NCBI GenBank assembly: GCA_038087875.1 | Contig: JAXLNO010000479.1 | Location: 1-64,000, forward strand | Reading direction: 5' to 3' | Length of the DNA stretch: 64,000 nucleotides | DNA from: Malacoraja senta | Taxonomy: Eukaryota | In this document: positions 24,751 to 38,400 of the stretch, piece by piece | How the letters are laid out: the number at the start of each line of letters is the position of its first letter | Position numbering within the stretch: the stretch's first letter is position 1 | Program-made: the position numbers and the translations under genes | Notes under the pieces: generated by a model | What the model was told of the DNA's origin: nothing | What the model saw: the letters and a program-made list of their open reading frames with translations, nothing else | Databases searched by the model: none

Positions 24751-26668
24751 ATTTCTGAAATATTGGTCATAGATTTGCTGCAAAAAACGTCTAAAATAAG
24801 GCTCAGGATGCATCAGAGAGCTTCTAAAACCCCTGAGCTTCCTGGGCCCTTAAGCGAGCCCTGGACCCTGGCATCGAGGGACTTCACGCTTCGCGCTCGT
24901 GTGTGCGCAGCGCGCACATTATTTCACATTGATTTTTTTGTAATCCTGTCATGCCACCCCCCATTTTGTAAAGCTTCATACGTGCCTGTTTACAGAACCT
25001 ATTCTTTGCTTCATACTAGTTTAGAAGTCGCAGGTTGTTAAACTATACAATTGCCATCCTCATTCAGATAGTAAGGTGAAGATCAAGTAACAAATGTGCT
25101 GATCTGAAATGGAAACAGTAAATGCTGGAGAACCAATATCTGTGGGACGGGCAACAGTCAACGTTCCGGTGGAGAAATATATAAGGTTTTAGCTTCCACG
25201 TTTTTCTTTTATTCCATCACAGTAATTTGCACTTTCCTTTCCGGCAACTGTGCAAACCTTTAATGATGTTGTAGCAGGGTAACAAAAGTTTATTTACCCA
25301 TTATGGATCATATCAAGGTATGGAGAGCACTTAGAAGTCATTGAATGAATAAGGATTATAGTGGTCAAAAGAGGAGATTGTTTAGCCAGAACGCGGTGCA
25401 TATTTGAAAGTCTTTGCCACAAATGGCTGTAGAGGTCAGAACATATGGTACTTTATAAACCGATAACTGATACAAATGCCCTTGATCAGTAAGGACGTCC
25501 AAAGCTACCGAGAGAATGAAGGAGAATGCGGTTGAGAAGGAAAGAACATTCGCCATGATCGACTAGCAGAGTCGACGGGTCGAACAACTTAATTGTGCTT
25601 CAATGTCTGAAAGTCTTATGGTCCAAGGAGCGTTAAATCTGAAGCAATGTCTCATCGGGTATAGTCAGCATGTAATTGTGCGTGGGAACACTTCACAAAT
25701 ATTGCGGCATTTAATAATATGGATGAAGGCAGTGAACAATGCCTAAATGAATTTTATTCAGGCATTTGTCAAGATCTCACAATGTAGAGCAGGCAAGGGA
25801 GATCAATGCAATGTTGTCATTTTTGTGATAAGGCCCCGGGGTGGTGGTGGAAGATTTATTATCTCATTAGAAAATATGCGGCCACCGGTGGACTTTAGAT
25901 CGGTGATGGACCTTTGCTTTTTTTCATAAAATTGCTAATTCGGTGATGTTGGATATATGATTAGCGAGTTTGAGGATGACTGGAAAAAACATGGATGTTG
26001 TGGACCGCGAGGAAAATTAACTGAGCCTGCAGCTGAATATCGAACAGATAGAAACCTTGACGGAACATTGCACGTGAATTTTATCCCGAGATGTGAGAAG
26101 TGAGGAATTTTGCGAAAGCAAATACTTGTGGGTGAAGAAGGCAAATGCATTGCGGCAAGGGATGCCGAGAAATGGGAAAACCGGGACGAACTGATACAGT
26201 TATATGGAATTATAAGAGGCACGTGCAGAATTGAAAGGCAAAAAGAAGAGGAACTGTGTTTAAGGTTGGATGATATCGTTGTTAAAAGCTTCCATCAGCT
26301 CAGTGGGAAGGAACATCATTTAAATTTTCAGTTACCCTTGGCGTCCGTCAGGCCACAAAACGTTATTTTTAAATTCCGTCTGTCTTTAATTCCGCCCGGT
26401 TTATAATAAACCATATTATACTGACTTGAACGATTTTCTGTTTCTGATGGTAGACAATGGACTTCAAACTAAGTTGTCGTCATAAATGGGATGAGTAAAT
26501 GGAAACAAATATACTATTTCAATGACCGTACATTATATTTCAAAAATATCACTTTGGTTTAGTATTGGTTCATGGTAACTAAATAGGGAAACAAAATCCC
26601 AAGAAATTGTGGAAAGGGATACCACGACAAATCCTATTACATGTTACATATGTGTGCCTCGCAAATCA

Positions 26669-27615
26669 TCACTTGATTACATATTTGGACAAAGTTCGTT
26701 TTGTGTTCAAACGTTTGAATATATTAGCAATGGCAAGAAAGGGACGTGAAATTACATTCTTCAGTTCCTCTCTGAAGTGTCTCTGAGAAACTGCATAAAT
26801 GAAAGTGTTTGTGCAAGTACTCAAATACCTCAGCATATAGCCAGTTTCTGCCAAAATGGTGAACGAGTCGTTGTAATCTGTTTCCAAAAATTGAGTATCT
26901 GTAAACTGTATACAGATGAAGAACACAAGGTTTACCATCCATAAGAAAATAAAGTTGCCAGATATTGCAACGAGTAAAATCATCGATTTCCTTCTGTTCT
27001 CAGTCTCTTGGTCAGTCTGACATGCCTCTCTATTACTCCCTCGGAGCTTGCTCCTGACTCTGTTGGCCATGATAATATGCTTTATGGTCAAGGTATTAAG
27101 CAGAAGAATCAACACAAATGGCGCAAATGGGGTTAAGAGTGTATCAAACCATAAATACGCGACCCAGATGGGTAATGTGTAGAAACTTGATATTACATAA
27201 CAGGACCATGGGATATCATTAATTACTTCGCGTGGTTCAAATGTAAAGTAGACTGGAATATTTTCTAAAATACACAACATAAACACCGCTATTATTACTT
27301 TCAATGCCGTCTTCATGGTACAATATTTTGAACGCAACGACTGGCAACATATAGCAACAAATCGATCGAATGTAAAAGTGACAGTCAGCCAGACGGAACA
27401 ATCGAGCGAAATATAAACCAGTGTAATAACAAAACTGCAAATGGGGGTGTAATTGAGGAATGAATGCGGAAAATATGCCTCTTTAATCTCATAGAGAATT
27501 ACATCGGAAACCAGTACCATTAGATCAGCTACCGCCATTGATTTCAGATACTGGATGACACATCTAGAGAGGCCGCACTTTCCAGACGACAGGATAAGGA
27601 TTGCCACCAAATTTG
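26669..27615 (-). CDS. GPR139/142-like class-A GPCR, exon 2 (TM1 end to TM7 and C-tail)
   Basis: Polypyrimidine plus TTGCAG acceptor ending at 27616. Open 947 nt with GKCGLS, MAVADL, FTFDRF, ENRRKS and NTFIY; hydrophobic segments consistent with 7TM. Confidence 0.92.
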
Positions 27616-30502
27616 CTGCAACCAAAAGAAGAAAATTGAATTACGAACGAGCAATAACCCGCGAAATATATATACATTTGCTTCAATTTGTCATGCGTGT
27701 ACGAGTTTTTCTTGCCTATAACACTTTGGAATAACAAACTATATTACACAGGTTTACGGTTGGACCCCTTTTAATTCTCAGACTTCTCATAAAGTGAACA
27801 CACTGTTGCGCTTTGTTGTTATCGCATCTCCGTGAAGAGACCAGCTATTGTTTTGGTGATATTAATGCCACATAACACGAAATGTTGATGACATCTAGAG
27901 ATGAGATGGGGCGGTGTTTGTCCTCTCCGCTTCCTTTAGTTCACACGCAACTGTGTCGCCGAGAGGTTAACGGCTAGACAGTGTCCTGACTCAATGACAC
28001 TATGTACCGGATTTCCTTCCTCTATTTCGTCTCATCATTCTTGTCGAAGTGCCCGTAAGCAGTGGCATCATCGGCATACATAAACACCGAGTTACCGTTG
28101 TACGTGGTCAAACACACATGGGTGCATTTGGAGTAGAGCATGGACTGAGCAAACAGCTCCGAGCTGTAGCAGTATTGTGGGCTATCCTTGTGGAGACGGT
28201 AAAACCAATTCCACGTGATAGGATCCTGCCTGGCCTGAAGTCCAAAGCCCATTTGCAGCTGGATACCCGTCGACCAAGGATGTTTAGAGATGCTTATTAA
28301 TTTCAGATTTTATTTGTCACGTGTTTGGCACTCATGTTACCTTAGTTTACCTCGTAGAAACCGCGCCTCCCCACTGATAATCACACAGATTTAATTTTCG
28401 CAGCTTATCTGCAAATGTGACATTTAGAGCTCACAGCAGCATGTACATTGTTGCCCCCCTCTGCATACACACTTCTCACATTCCTCATTCTGTTCCTCTA
28501 CTGTAATAAATTAGCAGGGACAATCGTTAACATTTTCATGGCAAACTGCTGTCCATTTCTCTCCCCTTAGAGTCCACGTACACACATTCATTTCCGATAT
28601 GGCTGACCAAGCAGGCTGACGTCTGATATCCGCTACATAGGCTGTGCGGCGGATGCGATTCACACATGAATTCGGCACACATATCATGGACCGAGGTCCA
28701 GACTTTTGAAAAGCCAGACAACCTTTGATACTTAACATTTATCGCCAGTTTTATTTCGGTGGTGTCTTGACGCTTTGAAATTCAGTCAATCACAGATGGC
28801 AGACCGTTGCTCCAGAGCCAACAAAAACCGGGCAACACAACTCAACGGCAGAGGCACAACCTGTCGATAAGTTCACAGCTTCAACCGTCATGATCGGCTT
28901 TCAACACAAGTACATCCCGACCCGCTCTACTGAATGACAGGTTAGCTCTACTGACTAAATGCGTGGGATCGTTGTCTATCCTGCAAGACGAATTCATTGG
29001 GAAACATAAATGTAAGACCCATGCGCTAGAGGTCTGCGTGCGCATCCCCGGAATAACCCTGTTGGCCGTGTGACAATACGTGTTGAAGGGTTCTAGGAAG
29101 AGGTTTAATTCCGGTTTGATAATCTCGAACACTTGCAAATATGTAACCATTTAAAGAAGCAACACGATGCAATTTCTCGAGCTGTGACTGCTGTAGGTCT
29201 GATGGGTTAAATGCGAACATACGACATCTCAGCTCAATAATGTCGAGGTACCGCATCTAATACACTTTTGGTGATCAGCAACATCATGAGTAAAGAGAGA
29301 GCGTGCTCTTGGAAGTGATTAGGCGTAGTCTCGACCCAAACTACTAAACTTGGAGCATGCCATAATCTCCGCTACACAACCCAACGCAGTTTGCAGATGG
29401 ATCCTCAACACTTTAATCACCGGCGATAAGAACAAAAATGTTAGCGATTAAATCTGGCAAAACAGTCTAAAAGCAACAGGTGACCCAAAACGTCACCCAT
29501 TCCTTCTCTCCAGAGATGCTGCCTGTCCCGCTGAGTTACTCCAGCATTTTGTGTCCAAAAGCAACAAGTGTTTTACATTTCTTCTGAATGTCTGCTGAAT
29601 GTAAAAATTAAATCTTCCTGAAATGCAACGGCGAATTTTCTTTTTCCTGCTGTCAAATCTAAGTCAAATCAGGACCATTAGACAGTTTCACTTTGTGCAA
29701 CTTGTATTTAAATGTTACAATGCTTTAAAAGAAACCACGTTGCTCAGCCTCAGTAAACCGTGAGCTAATTTAGCTGAGCATTCACAATGGAAATAACAAG
29801 ACGTGTGTTTTATGGAAACTCACCGACAGCATCCCTCGACTTGCATGTTTTATTTCGCGGTAAGTTATCAGACATATGAGGCACCTGCAATCATAGCATG
29901 CGCACGGACTCGCACACATGACTGACATTCTTTAGCGTGAGTTACAAAATACAGAGAACAGCGTCCATCAACCCGTTGTTTTTTTAATTTCGGCCGTGAA
30001 GTCTAAAGTTAAAATCAGTTATGATCGATAATGCTCAGCAGCAAGCTGCCGTACGTTTACTTGTTCTTCGTATAATGAATCTATGCAAAATCAACTGCAT
30101 GGAATGAAAATAGAAAGAGCTTGAAACATCGCGTTTAGATGCAGACCCCTCTTTGGAAGCGTTGAATTGGCCATTGTTCAGGTGGACTGTGTATGAGGTG
30201 GAGAAGGAGGGCTTGTTGTGTCCAGTGGACTTGACTAATATAAAATATATAGAATATTATATTACTTATAAAACGTTTATATATAATTTTACCGTCAGAG
30301 AAATTCAATCATTTTTCCACATGATTTTTAGATCCAGTGCACAAGTGAGATCAGCACGTTACTTTGTTTTTGACAGCATTTTGTTTGCAATAATAATTTC
30401 ATAGAAATCTGTAATGTTTTCAGATATGTTTGCCATGATGTTCAATATCGTCTGTCAAGCACATCAACGTACATCTGTAAAACCATTCTCTGGCTCACCT
30501 AC

Positions 30503-30572
30503 CTGGGACTCCAATGATTGCAAGAATAGGATAGTAAATAGTCTCGGTCTTCAGGATTGCAGGCCTGTTCAT
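30503..30572 (-). CDS. GPR139/142-like class-A GPCR, exon 1
   Basis: MNRPAILKTETIYYPILAIIGVP+G, then a GTAGGT donor at 30502. Splices in frame (GVP-A-NLVAI) to give 338 aa. Confidence 0.9.
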
Positions 30573-30700
30573 ATTTAGTTGGAAGATGCCTTTCTAGTCA
30601 GTTCAATAGGCTCACGGATCTCCCGATTTCAAAGTTAGCTCGTACTTATACTTTACAGAAACCTCAAGGGTGGAATCAACACGCTATGAGATTGGTATTA
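30573..30700 (-). promoter_or_regulatory. Putative core promoter/5' UTR of the intact GPCR
   Basis: Revcomp CCAAT...CCCTTGAGGTTT...TATAAGT...TGAAATCGGGAGATCC...ATG, homologous to 5525-5647. Confidence 0.5.
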
Positions 30701-32058
30701 TTCAATCACGATCACGTTAATTAGGTTGTTTGTTTCATGCCCTTCATCACTGTTAAAATGGTACTCTGTAGAGACATGTTTCTGCTGTTGAAATCGTCAA
30801 TACATCAAACATCGGTTATCAACAAATATTTTTGCAAACGCTTTAATGCGGTTTCTTTTGAATTTTCTCCATTAGCTGCATCAATAAATTGTAATATGCA
30901 CCCTCTCTTATGTTTTAAAAGTATCATGTGCAATAAAAATCTGAGGAGATATCTATGATTATGCGAACAATCAAATTTACCGAGACTATGAATGAGTCTG
31001 AAGATGTGACCGAAATATTGCACAACACATAACAAAAAAGTGGCTGTTTAGGCAATAGACAATAGGTGCATGAGTAGGCCATTCGACCCTTCGAGCCAGC
31101 AACGCCATTTAATGTGATCATGGCTGATCATCCACAATCAGTACCCCGTTCCTGCCTTCTCCCCATATCCCCTAACTCCGCTATCTTTAAGAACCCTATC
31201 TAGCTCTATGTTGAAATTATCCAGAAAACCGGCTTCCACAGACTCACAACTCTCTGTGTGAAATAATTGTTTCCTTATCTCCGTTCTAAACTGCTTACCC
31301 CTTATTCTTAAACAGTGCCCCCTGGTTCTGGAGTCCCCCAACATCGGGAATATGTTTCCTGCCTCTAGCGTGTCCAAACCCTTAATAATCTTATATGTTT
31401 CAATAAGATCCCCTCTCACCCTTCTAAATTCCAGAATATACAAGCCCAGCCGTTCCATTCTCTTAGCATATGGCAGTCCGACCACCCCGGGAATTAATCC
31501 TTTGAACCTACGCTACACTCCCTCAATAGCAAGAATGTCGGTCCTCAAATTTGGAGATCAAAACTTCACACAATACTCAGGTGTGATCTCACTAGGGGCC
31601 TGTACAACTGCAGAAGGACCTATCTGCTCCTATAACCATATATAACCATAACAGCACGGAAACAGGCCATCTCGGCCCTTCAAGTCCGTGCCGAAATATA
31701 CTCGACTCCTCATGTATGTAGGCCAACATGCCATTCGCATTCTTCACCGCCTGCTGAACCTGCGTGCTTACTTTCATTGGCTGATGAACAAGGACCCCCG
31801 GATCCCGTTGTACTTCCAGTTTTCACAATTTGACACCATTTAGAGAATAATCTGCCTTCCTATTTTGCTACCAAAGAAGGATAATTTATTTATCCAAATT
31901 AAACTGCATCTGCCATGCCATCTGCCCACTCAACCAACCTGTCCAAGTCACCCTGCATTCTCATAGCATCCTCCTCACATTTCACACTGCCACCCAGCTT
32001 TGTGTCATGTGCAAATTTGCTAATGTTACCTGTAATCCATTCATCTGAATTAATAATA

Positions 32059-35000
32059 TCTATCATTATACTAAAAGTCTCATCTTGACCATTTCCTCTC
32101 TAAGTAGTTAATTGATTTTTAGAAAAAACGGTACCCTATATCGCTATGATTTTTGCCATCTTACTCACAGTCCTCCTCCGCTGCAGCAGCCCCAAGGATT
32201 TTTCGCTGAAAACTAAAAAAATATGAATGTTTAAAAAATCGTGAGATTAGCTGAATGGTCCTCTCACCATGGTGAAAGCAACGCCCCTTCCGGGGGGGGC
32301 TGGAGTATTTAGCCCCGGATGCCGGACGTGAGTCACTCACTCTGGAAAATTGTGAGGGAGAGTCCCCAACTGTGATTCTAAGCTGTGATTCAACTGAACT
32401 GAGAGTCTGCAATGTATTGGCAATAAATAATTTGTTAGCCCAAAGTGAAAATGCAATGAGTTGTTTGGCTTGCCCTGTGCTTGAAACTGCAATGGAAATG
32501 GAAATTAAATGAAAATGCAATGAGTAGTTTAGCCAGCCCTGTGCTTGAAACTCCAATGGAAATGGAAATGAAATGAAAATGCAATGACTTGTTTGACCTG
32601 CCCTGTGCTTTTGCTTTTGCTTTGCTTGACCTGAAATGAAAGCAAATGGATTGTATTGTTGGCTGGCCCCGCCTTCTCTGTGCTTTTGATTTTGCTTTGC
32701 CTTTGCTTTGCTTGGCCTGAAATGAAAGCAAATTGATTGCATTGTTGGCTGGCCCCGTCTGCCCTGTGCTTTTGATTTGCTTTGCCTTTGTTTTGCTTGA
32801 CCTTAAATGAAAGCAAAATGATTGTATTGTTGACTGGCCCCGCCTGCCCTGTGCTTTTTCTTTTGCTTTGCCTTTGCTTTGCTTGACCTTAAATGAAAGC
32901 AAATGGACTGTATTGTTGGCCCCGCCTGCCCCGTGCTTGGCTTGGCTTTACTTGACTTGGCTTGGCTTGAGTTGGATTGACTTGGATTGACTTGGATTGA
33001 CTTGACTTGACTTGACTTGACTTGAAATGGATTGACCTGACTTGACTTGACTTGACTTGAAATCGATTTTCTTGACTGGACTTGACTTGACTTGAAATGG
33101 ATTGACCTGACGAGTTGACTTGACGACTTTAAATCGATTGACTTGACTTGACTTGACTTGACTTGACTTGACTTGACTTGACTTGAAATGGATTGACTTA
33201 ACTTGACTTGACTTGATTTGCTTTGCTTGACCTGAAATGATAGCAAATGGATTGTATTGTTGGCTGGCCCCGCCTGCCATGTGCTTTTGCTTTAGCTTTG
33301 TCTTTGCTTTGATTGACCTGAAATGAAAGCAAATGGATTGCATTGTTGGCCGGCCCCGCCTGCGCTGTGCTTTTGCTTTTCCTTCGCCTTTGATTTGCTT
33401 GTCCTGAAATGAGAGCAAATGAATTGCATTGTTGGCTGGCCCCGCCTGCCCTGTGCTTTTGCTTTTGCTTTGCCTTTGCTTTGCTTGACCTGAAATGAAA
33501 GCAAATGGATTGTATTGTTGTCCTCGCCTGCTCTGTGTTTGGCTTGGCCTTACTTGACTTGACTTGGCTTGACTTGAATTGCCTTGGATGACTTGGATTG
33601 ACTTGGATTGACTTGGATTGACTTGGATTGAATTGGATTGATTTGGATTGACTTGGATTGACTTGACTTGACTTTATTTGACTTGACTTGGATTGACTAG
33701 GATTAACTTGGATTGACTTGACTTGGAGTGATTTGGAGTGACGTGGATTGTCATGGATTGACTTGGATTGACTTGAAATGGATTGACTTGACGATTTGAA
33801 ATGGCTGGACGACTTGACTTGACTTGACTTGACCTGAAATGGATTGACTTGACTTGAAATGGATTGACTTTGTTGGCAAATGGATTGTATTGTTGGCCCC
33901 GCTTGCGCTGTGCTTGGTTTTACTTGACTTGACTTGGCTTGGCTTGGATTGCCTTGGATTGCCTTGGATTGACTTGGAGTGACTTGGATTGATTTGGATT
34001 GACTTGACTTGAAATGGATTGACTTGACTTGACTGGACTTGATGTGAAATGAATTGACTTGACTTGACTTGAAATGGATTGACTTGACTTGACTTGAAAT
34101 GGATTGTTGGCACTGCACTCACTGTGCTTGACTTGACTTGACTTGACTTGATTTGACTTGACTTGACTTGTTGGCCCTGCACTCCGGTTGATCCAAATGT
34201 CCCGCTCACTCCGGAAGTCCCGCTCGATGAATCTACTCAGCCGCGTGAGTAGATTCAAGAGATTTTACTGTCGTATTTATGTTGTGTCTGTTTGAGTGAG
34301 TGTGTGTGAGTCAGTGTGTGTGAGATGGAGGGTGGCTGAGTGTGCCTGTGAGTGTGTGATGGATATTGTGTGTGTGTGAGTGTGGCTGTGTGTGTATGTA
34401 TGATCATATTGAATGGCGGTGCAGGCTCGAAGGGCCGAATGGCCTACTCCTGCACCTATTTTCTATGTATCTATGTATCTATGTATGAATGTGTGTGTGT
34501 GTGATGGAGGGTGTCTGTGTGTGTGTGATGGATTGTGCGTGTGAGGTGGAGGGTATGTGTGTGCCATGGAGGGTGTGTGTGTGAGTCCGCCAGCCGTGAG
34601 TCAACTGCCAGCCCACCAGCCGCGAGTGGGTGACTCACATGACTGCCCACCTTTGGCCAACCTAAAACCACTCATTTCGGTCCACAATGCCCCTATTAGC
34701 CCAGAAACTAGTCCCATTTGCCGAAAATGACCGTATTAGCCCAGGAGGAGTATTTTGGCCCAAATCACATGTGCCAGGCCGGGAAAATTCAAGAAAAAGT
34801 GCCTTTAACTGAGATTTCACTCTGATTTATTTAAAGAGTACATTCGGCACATCATGCCTGTACTAGCCCAGAAGGAGTTCCTTCGGCCCATCAGTAAGTA
34901 TTCCCCCTGCAAGTATTAAACCTCACCCCAGCATGTTTCTCCCTCCCATCAATGGCTCACAGTGAGATCCACTCCAGGTCAGACTTTCCTCCTTCATTGC

Positions 35001-35447
35001 TGTGATCTGATGAAAAATGTCTAAACTTGATTCTCCACCCTCTCCCTCTTCTCTCTCACAGAGTCTCTCACCTGTTTTGAGCAGAATTTCTGGAAGTTTC
35101 TGAGCTGCCAGCCCACCAGCCCTGAGCTGCCAGCCCACCAGCTCTGTGTGAATGAGCTGCCAGCCCACCAGGCCTGAGCTGCCAGCCCGCCAGGCCTGAG
35201 TGACTGAACTGCCAGGCCTGAGTGACTGAACTGCCAGACCTGAGTGACTGAGTGACTGAACTGCCAGCCCAGGAATCCATTCGGCCCACAATGTCCAAAC
35301 TAGCCCTCTGAAAACCAGTCCCTTCGGCCCACAACATTCATGCTAGCGCTCCAGAAAGACCCCCCTCCCCGAATGGCCACCAATATTGGAATTGGTGGAG
35401 AGGTGGAATATTGCGTTTGGGGACCCAAAGGATCCCACTTAGTCTAG
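32059..35447 (+). mobile_element. Non-autonomous Helitron filled with satellites
   Basis: 5' TCTATCATTATACTAAAA. 3' hairpin GGGACCC-AAA-GGATCCC (35420-35436), then CTAG (35444-35447). Inserted between A (32058) and T (35448) with no TSD. Confidence 0.85.
32430..34170. repeat. Compound satellite: ~60-85 bp units interleaved with (GACTT)n and (GGATTGACTT)n
   Basis: Recurrent GCTTGACCTGAAATGAAAGCAAATGGATTGTATTGTTGG units and 5/10-mer arrays. Confidence 0.95.
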
Positions 35448-38400
35448 TTTATTGTAAATAGCTGCGGTCCCGGCACAGACCCTTGCGGTACCCCACTAGC
35501 CACTGCCTGCCATTCTCAAAGGGACCCGTTAATCCCTACTCTTTGTTTCCTGTCTGCCAACCAATTTTCTATCCATGTCAGTGCTTTACCCCAATACCAT
35601 GTGCCCTAATTGTGTCTTCTAATTTCCTATGAGGGACCTTATCAAATGCGTTCTGAAAGTCCAAGTACACTACATCCACTGGCTTTCCCTTGTCCATTTT
35701 CCAAGTTACATCCTCAAACAATTCCATAAGATTAGTCAAGTACGATTTCCCCTTCATAAATCCATGCTGACTCGGACCGATCCTGTTACTGCTATCCAAG
35801 GGTGCCGCTATTTGATCTTTTGCAAGTGACTCTAGTATCTTCCGCACCACCGATGTCAGGCTAACTGGTCTATAATTTCCTCTTTTCTCTTTCCCGCTTT
35901 TAAAAAAAAAGTGGGATAACATTATCTACCCTCTAATCCGCATGAACTGATCCTGAACATTGGGAAATTAGCACCAATGCATCCACGATATCCAGCGCCA
36001 CCTGCTTGAGTACACTGGGATGCAGACCATCACGCCCTGGGGATTTATCAGTCTTCAGTCCCATCTGACTACCCAATACCATGTCCTGCCTAATGTGCAT
36101 TTTTTCAGATCCTCCATCACCCTAGATCCCATGGCCACTAGTACACCAGGGAGATTGTTTGAGCCCTCCTTAGTGAAGACGGTTCCAAAGTACCTGTTCA
36201 CCTCGTCTGCCATTTCTTTGTTCCCCATAATAAATTCACCATTTTCAGTCTTCAATTGTCCACATTTGGTCTTAACTATTTTTTTCCTCTACACATACCT
36301 AAATAAGTTTTTACTATCCTCCTTTATATTCGTAGCTAGCTTATCCGCGTACCTCATATTTTCTTCCCGTATTGCCTTTTTTGTTATATTCTGTTGCTCT
36401 TTAAAAGTTACCCAATTCTCTGGCTTCCCGCTCACCTATCCTATGTTATAATTCTTCTCTTTTATTTTTATACTGTCCCTGACTTCACTTGTCAGCCACG
36501 GCCGACCTTTACTCCCCTTAGAATCTGTCTTCCTCTTTGAAATGAACCTTCTGTACACCTTTTGTATTATTCCCAGAAATACCTGTCATTTTTGGTCCAC
36601 TCCCATCCCTACTAGGGTATCTTTCCATTCAACTTTGGCCAGCTCCTCCCTCATGGCACCATAGTCCCCTTTGTTCAACTATAATACTGACACCCCCGAT
36701 TTACCCTTCTCCCTCTCAAATTGTATATCAAAACTTATCATATTTTGCGCACTTCCTCGTAATGTCTCCATTACCTCGAGTTCCCTTATCAAATCCGGTT
36801 CATTACACAACACTAAATCGAAGATTGCCTTCTCCCTGGTAGGCTCCAATACAAGCTGCTCTAATAAATCATCACGGAGGCACTCCTCAAACTCCCTTTC
36901 TTGGGGTCCAGTACCAACCTGATTTTCCCAGTCTACCTGCATGTTGAAATTTCAAATAACAACCGTAGCATTATCTTTATGACATGCCAAATTTAACTCT
37001 TGATTCAACTTGCACCCTATATCCAGGCTACTGTTTGGGGGCCTGTTGATAACTCCCATTAGGGTCGTTTTACCCTTACAATTCCTCAGATCTATCCATA
37101 CTGACACATCTCCTGAATCTATGTCACCCCTCGCAAGGAACTGAATTACATTTCTCACCAACAGAGCTACCGCACCCGCTCTGTGCACCGGTCTGTATTC
37201 GATAAGATGTCTACCCTTGAATGTTCAGTTGAATTTATAATTACAATTTATAAATACTGGAATGTTCCGTTTATAATTACTGCGATCCAATGCACTCGCA
37301 CACATGTGAATCTTTAATTTTGTACCATCGTTAACAAATCGTCATTGTTTTAGTATTTCTGCATCGGATTGAATGATGGTTTTTCAAGTGATACCTTGTG
37401 AGATAGTGGACCGAATGATGACTTTTGCAATTGCATGTAATTCTCATTCCCGTGCTCTCTTCTCACACATCTGCCTGTATACCTAGTTTCTAACTCAGCA
37501 CTATTGATGCAGATTGATTCATGCACTCTACCTCTTCTTAAGTCCAATTCCTAGCTCTTTCGTCTTTCAGACACGAGGGAAGAGGCTGTTGCATTCACAT
37601 CATGCTACGAAGATCTCAATCTCCTTGTAAGATCCGGCTGACCACGGTGTATTTATCTACAAACCTGTAAATGTAGTTGGAGCAAGAACTGGTCACACAG
37701 CAGGAAGTGTACGGGGAGAGAGTAAGATGCGGACGACGCGGCTTTTCTGTGCGCCGATGTTGAAAATGATAGCGGACGATGATTTGTCGCTTACCCTTTC
37801 TGATTTTGTGTGCGAGTCAGGGGGTCAGTGGCGGAGGGCGTGATGTCTGCAAGGTACAGGAATATGGAGATGGGTTTGGTTGGATTGTGATACTGATTGT
37901 GGATCTGTAGACAGACAATAGGAGGCCTTCTTCTCCAGATGTTCTGGAGATGACTGTACCGTGGCGCCATAGAGATGGCGTCCGATGAATTGTCCGAGAA
38001 CGGTAGGCAAAATGTAATGTGTCAAGGGTGATTCTGAGGCTGGACTAATGTGCACGATGATCACCGCCTCTAGACAAGTTATGATTGTGGATGCCAGAGA
38101 CACTACATTCCAGCCACATAATTGACATATGTGTTATTTCCTCTTTTCCAATATATTGAAGCCAGAAAGAGAAACATGGGCTTAAATTTTCTCAAGTAAT
38201 GCTTCTTTTTCAGAAACGCGGAGATCAGTATGTTTGAAGAAGGGTCTCCACCCGAAACGTCACCCATTCCTTCTATCCAAAGATGCTGCCTGTCCCGCTG
38301 AGTTACTCCAGCATTTTGTGTCTGTCTTCAGTATGTTTTAAGCAACTTGCGAATTTCAAACAGCTGTACGTTTACGTTTACAAGCTTTTATCATACGGAC

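Larger units (their letters stand above)
31054..37230 (-). mobile_element. CR1-type LINE (APE+RT remnants) interrupted by a Helitron
   Basis: 3' part 31054-32058, 5' part 35448-~37230 (NYRPVSLTS, YLDFQNAFDKVPH, AIFDLVLCNE). Flanks rejoin as ...TTAATAATA|TTTATTGTAAATAGCTGCGG, comparable to the uninterrupted copy at ~39564-39590. Confidence 0.85.

Noticed and set aside
27616..27625. ORF-track start of the 318-aa GPCR (and 11012 for the pseudogene)
   Set aside because: These starts lie in intron sequence upstream of splice acceptors. The real ATGs are in the 70-nt first exons.
32430..33540. CRISPR-like appearance of regularly recurring units
   Set aside because: The spacers are themselves repetitive, there are no cas genes, and the context is eukaryotic.
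32161..34258. Long S/Q/K/V-rich ORFs (up to 306 aa; also 44990-45918 and 56650-57578)
   Set aside because: They are translations of stop-poor (AAGTC)n satellite, open in several frames, with no gene structure.
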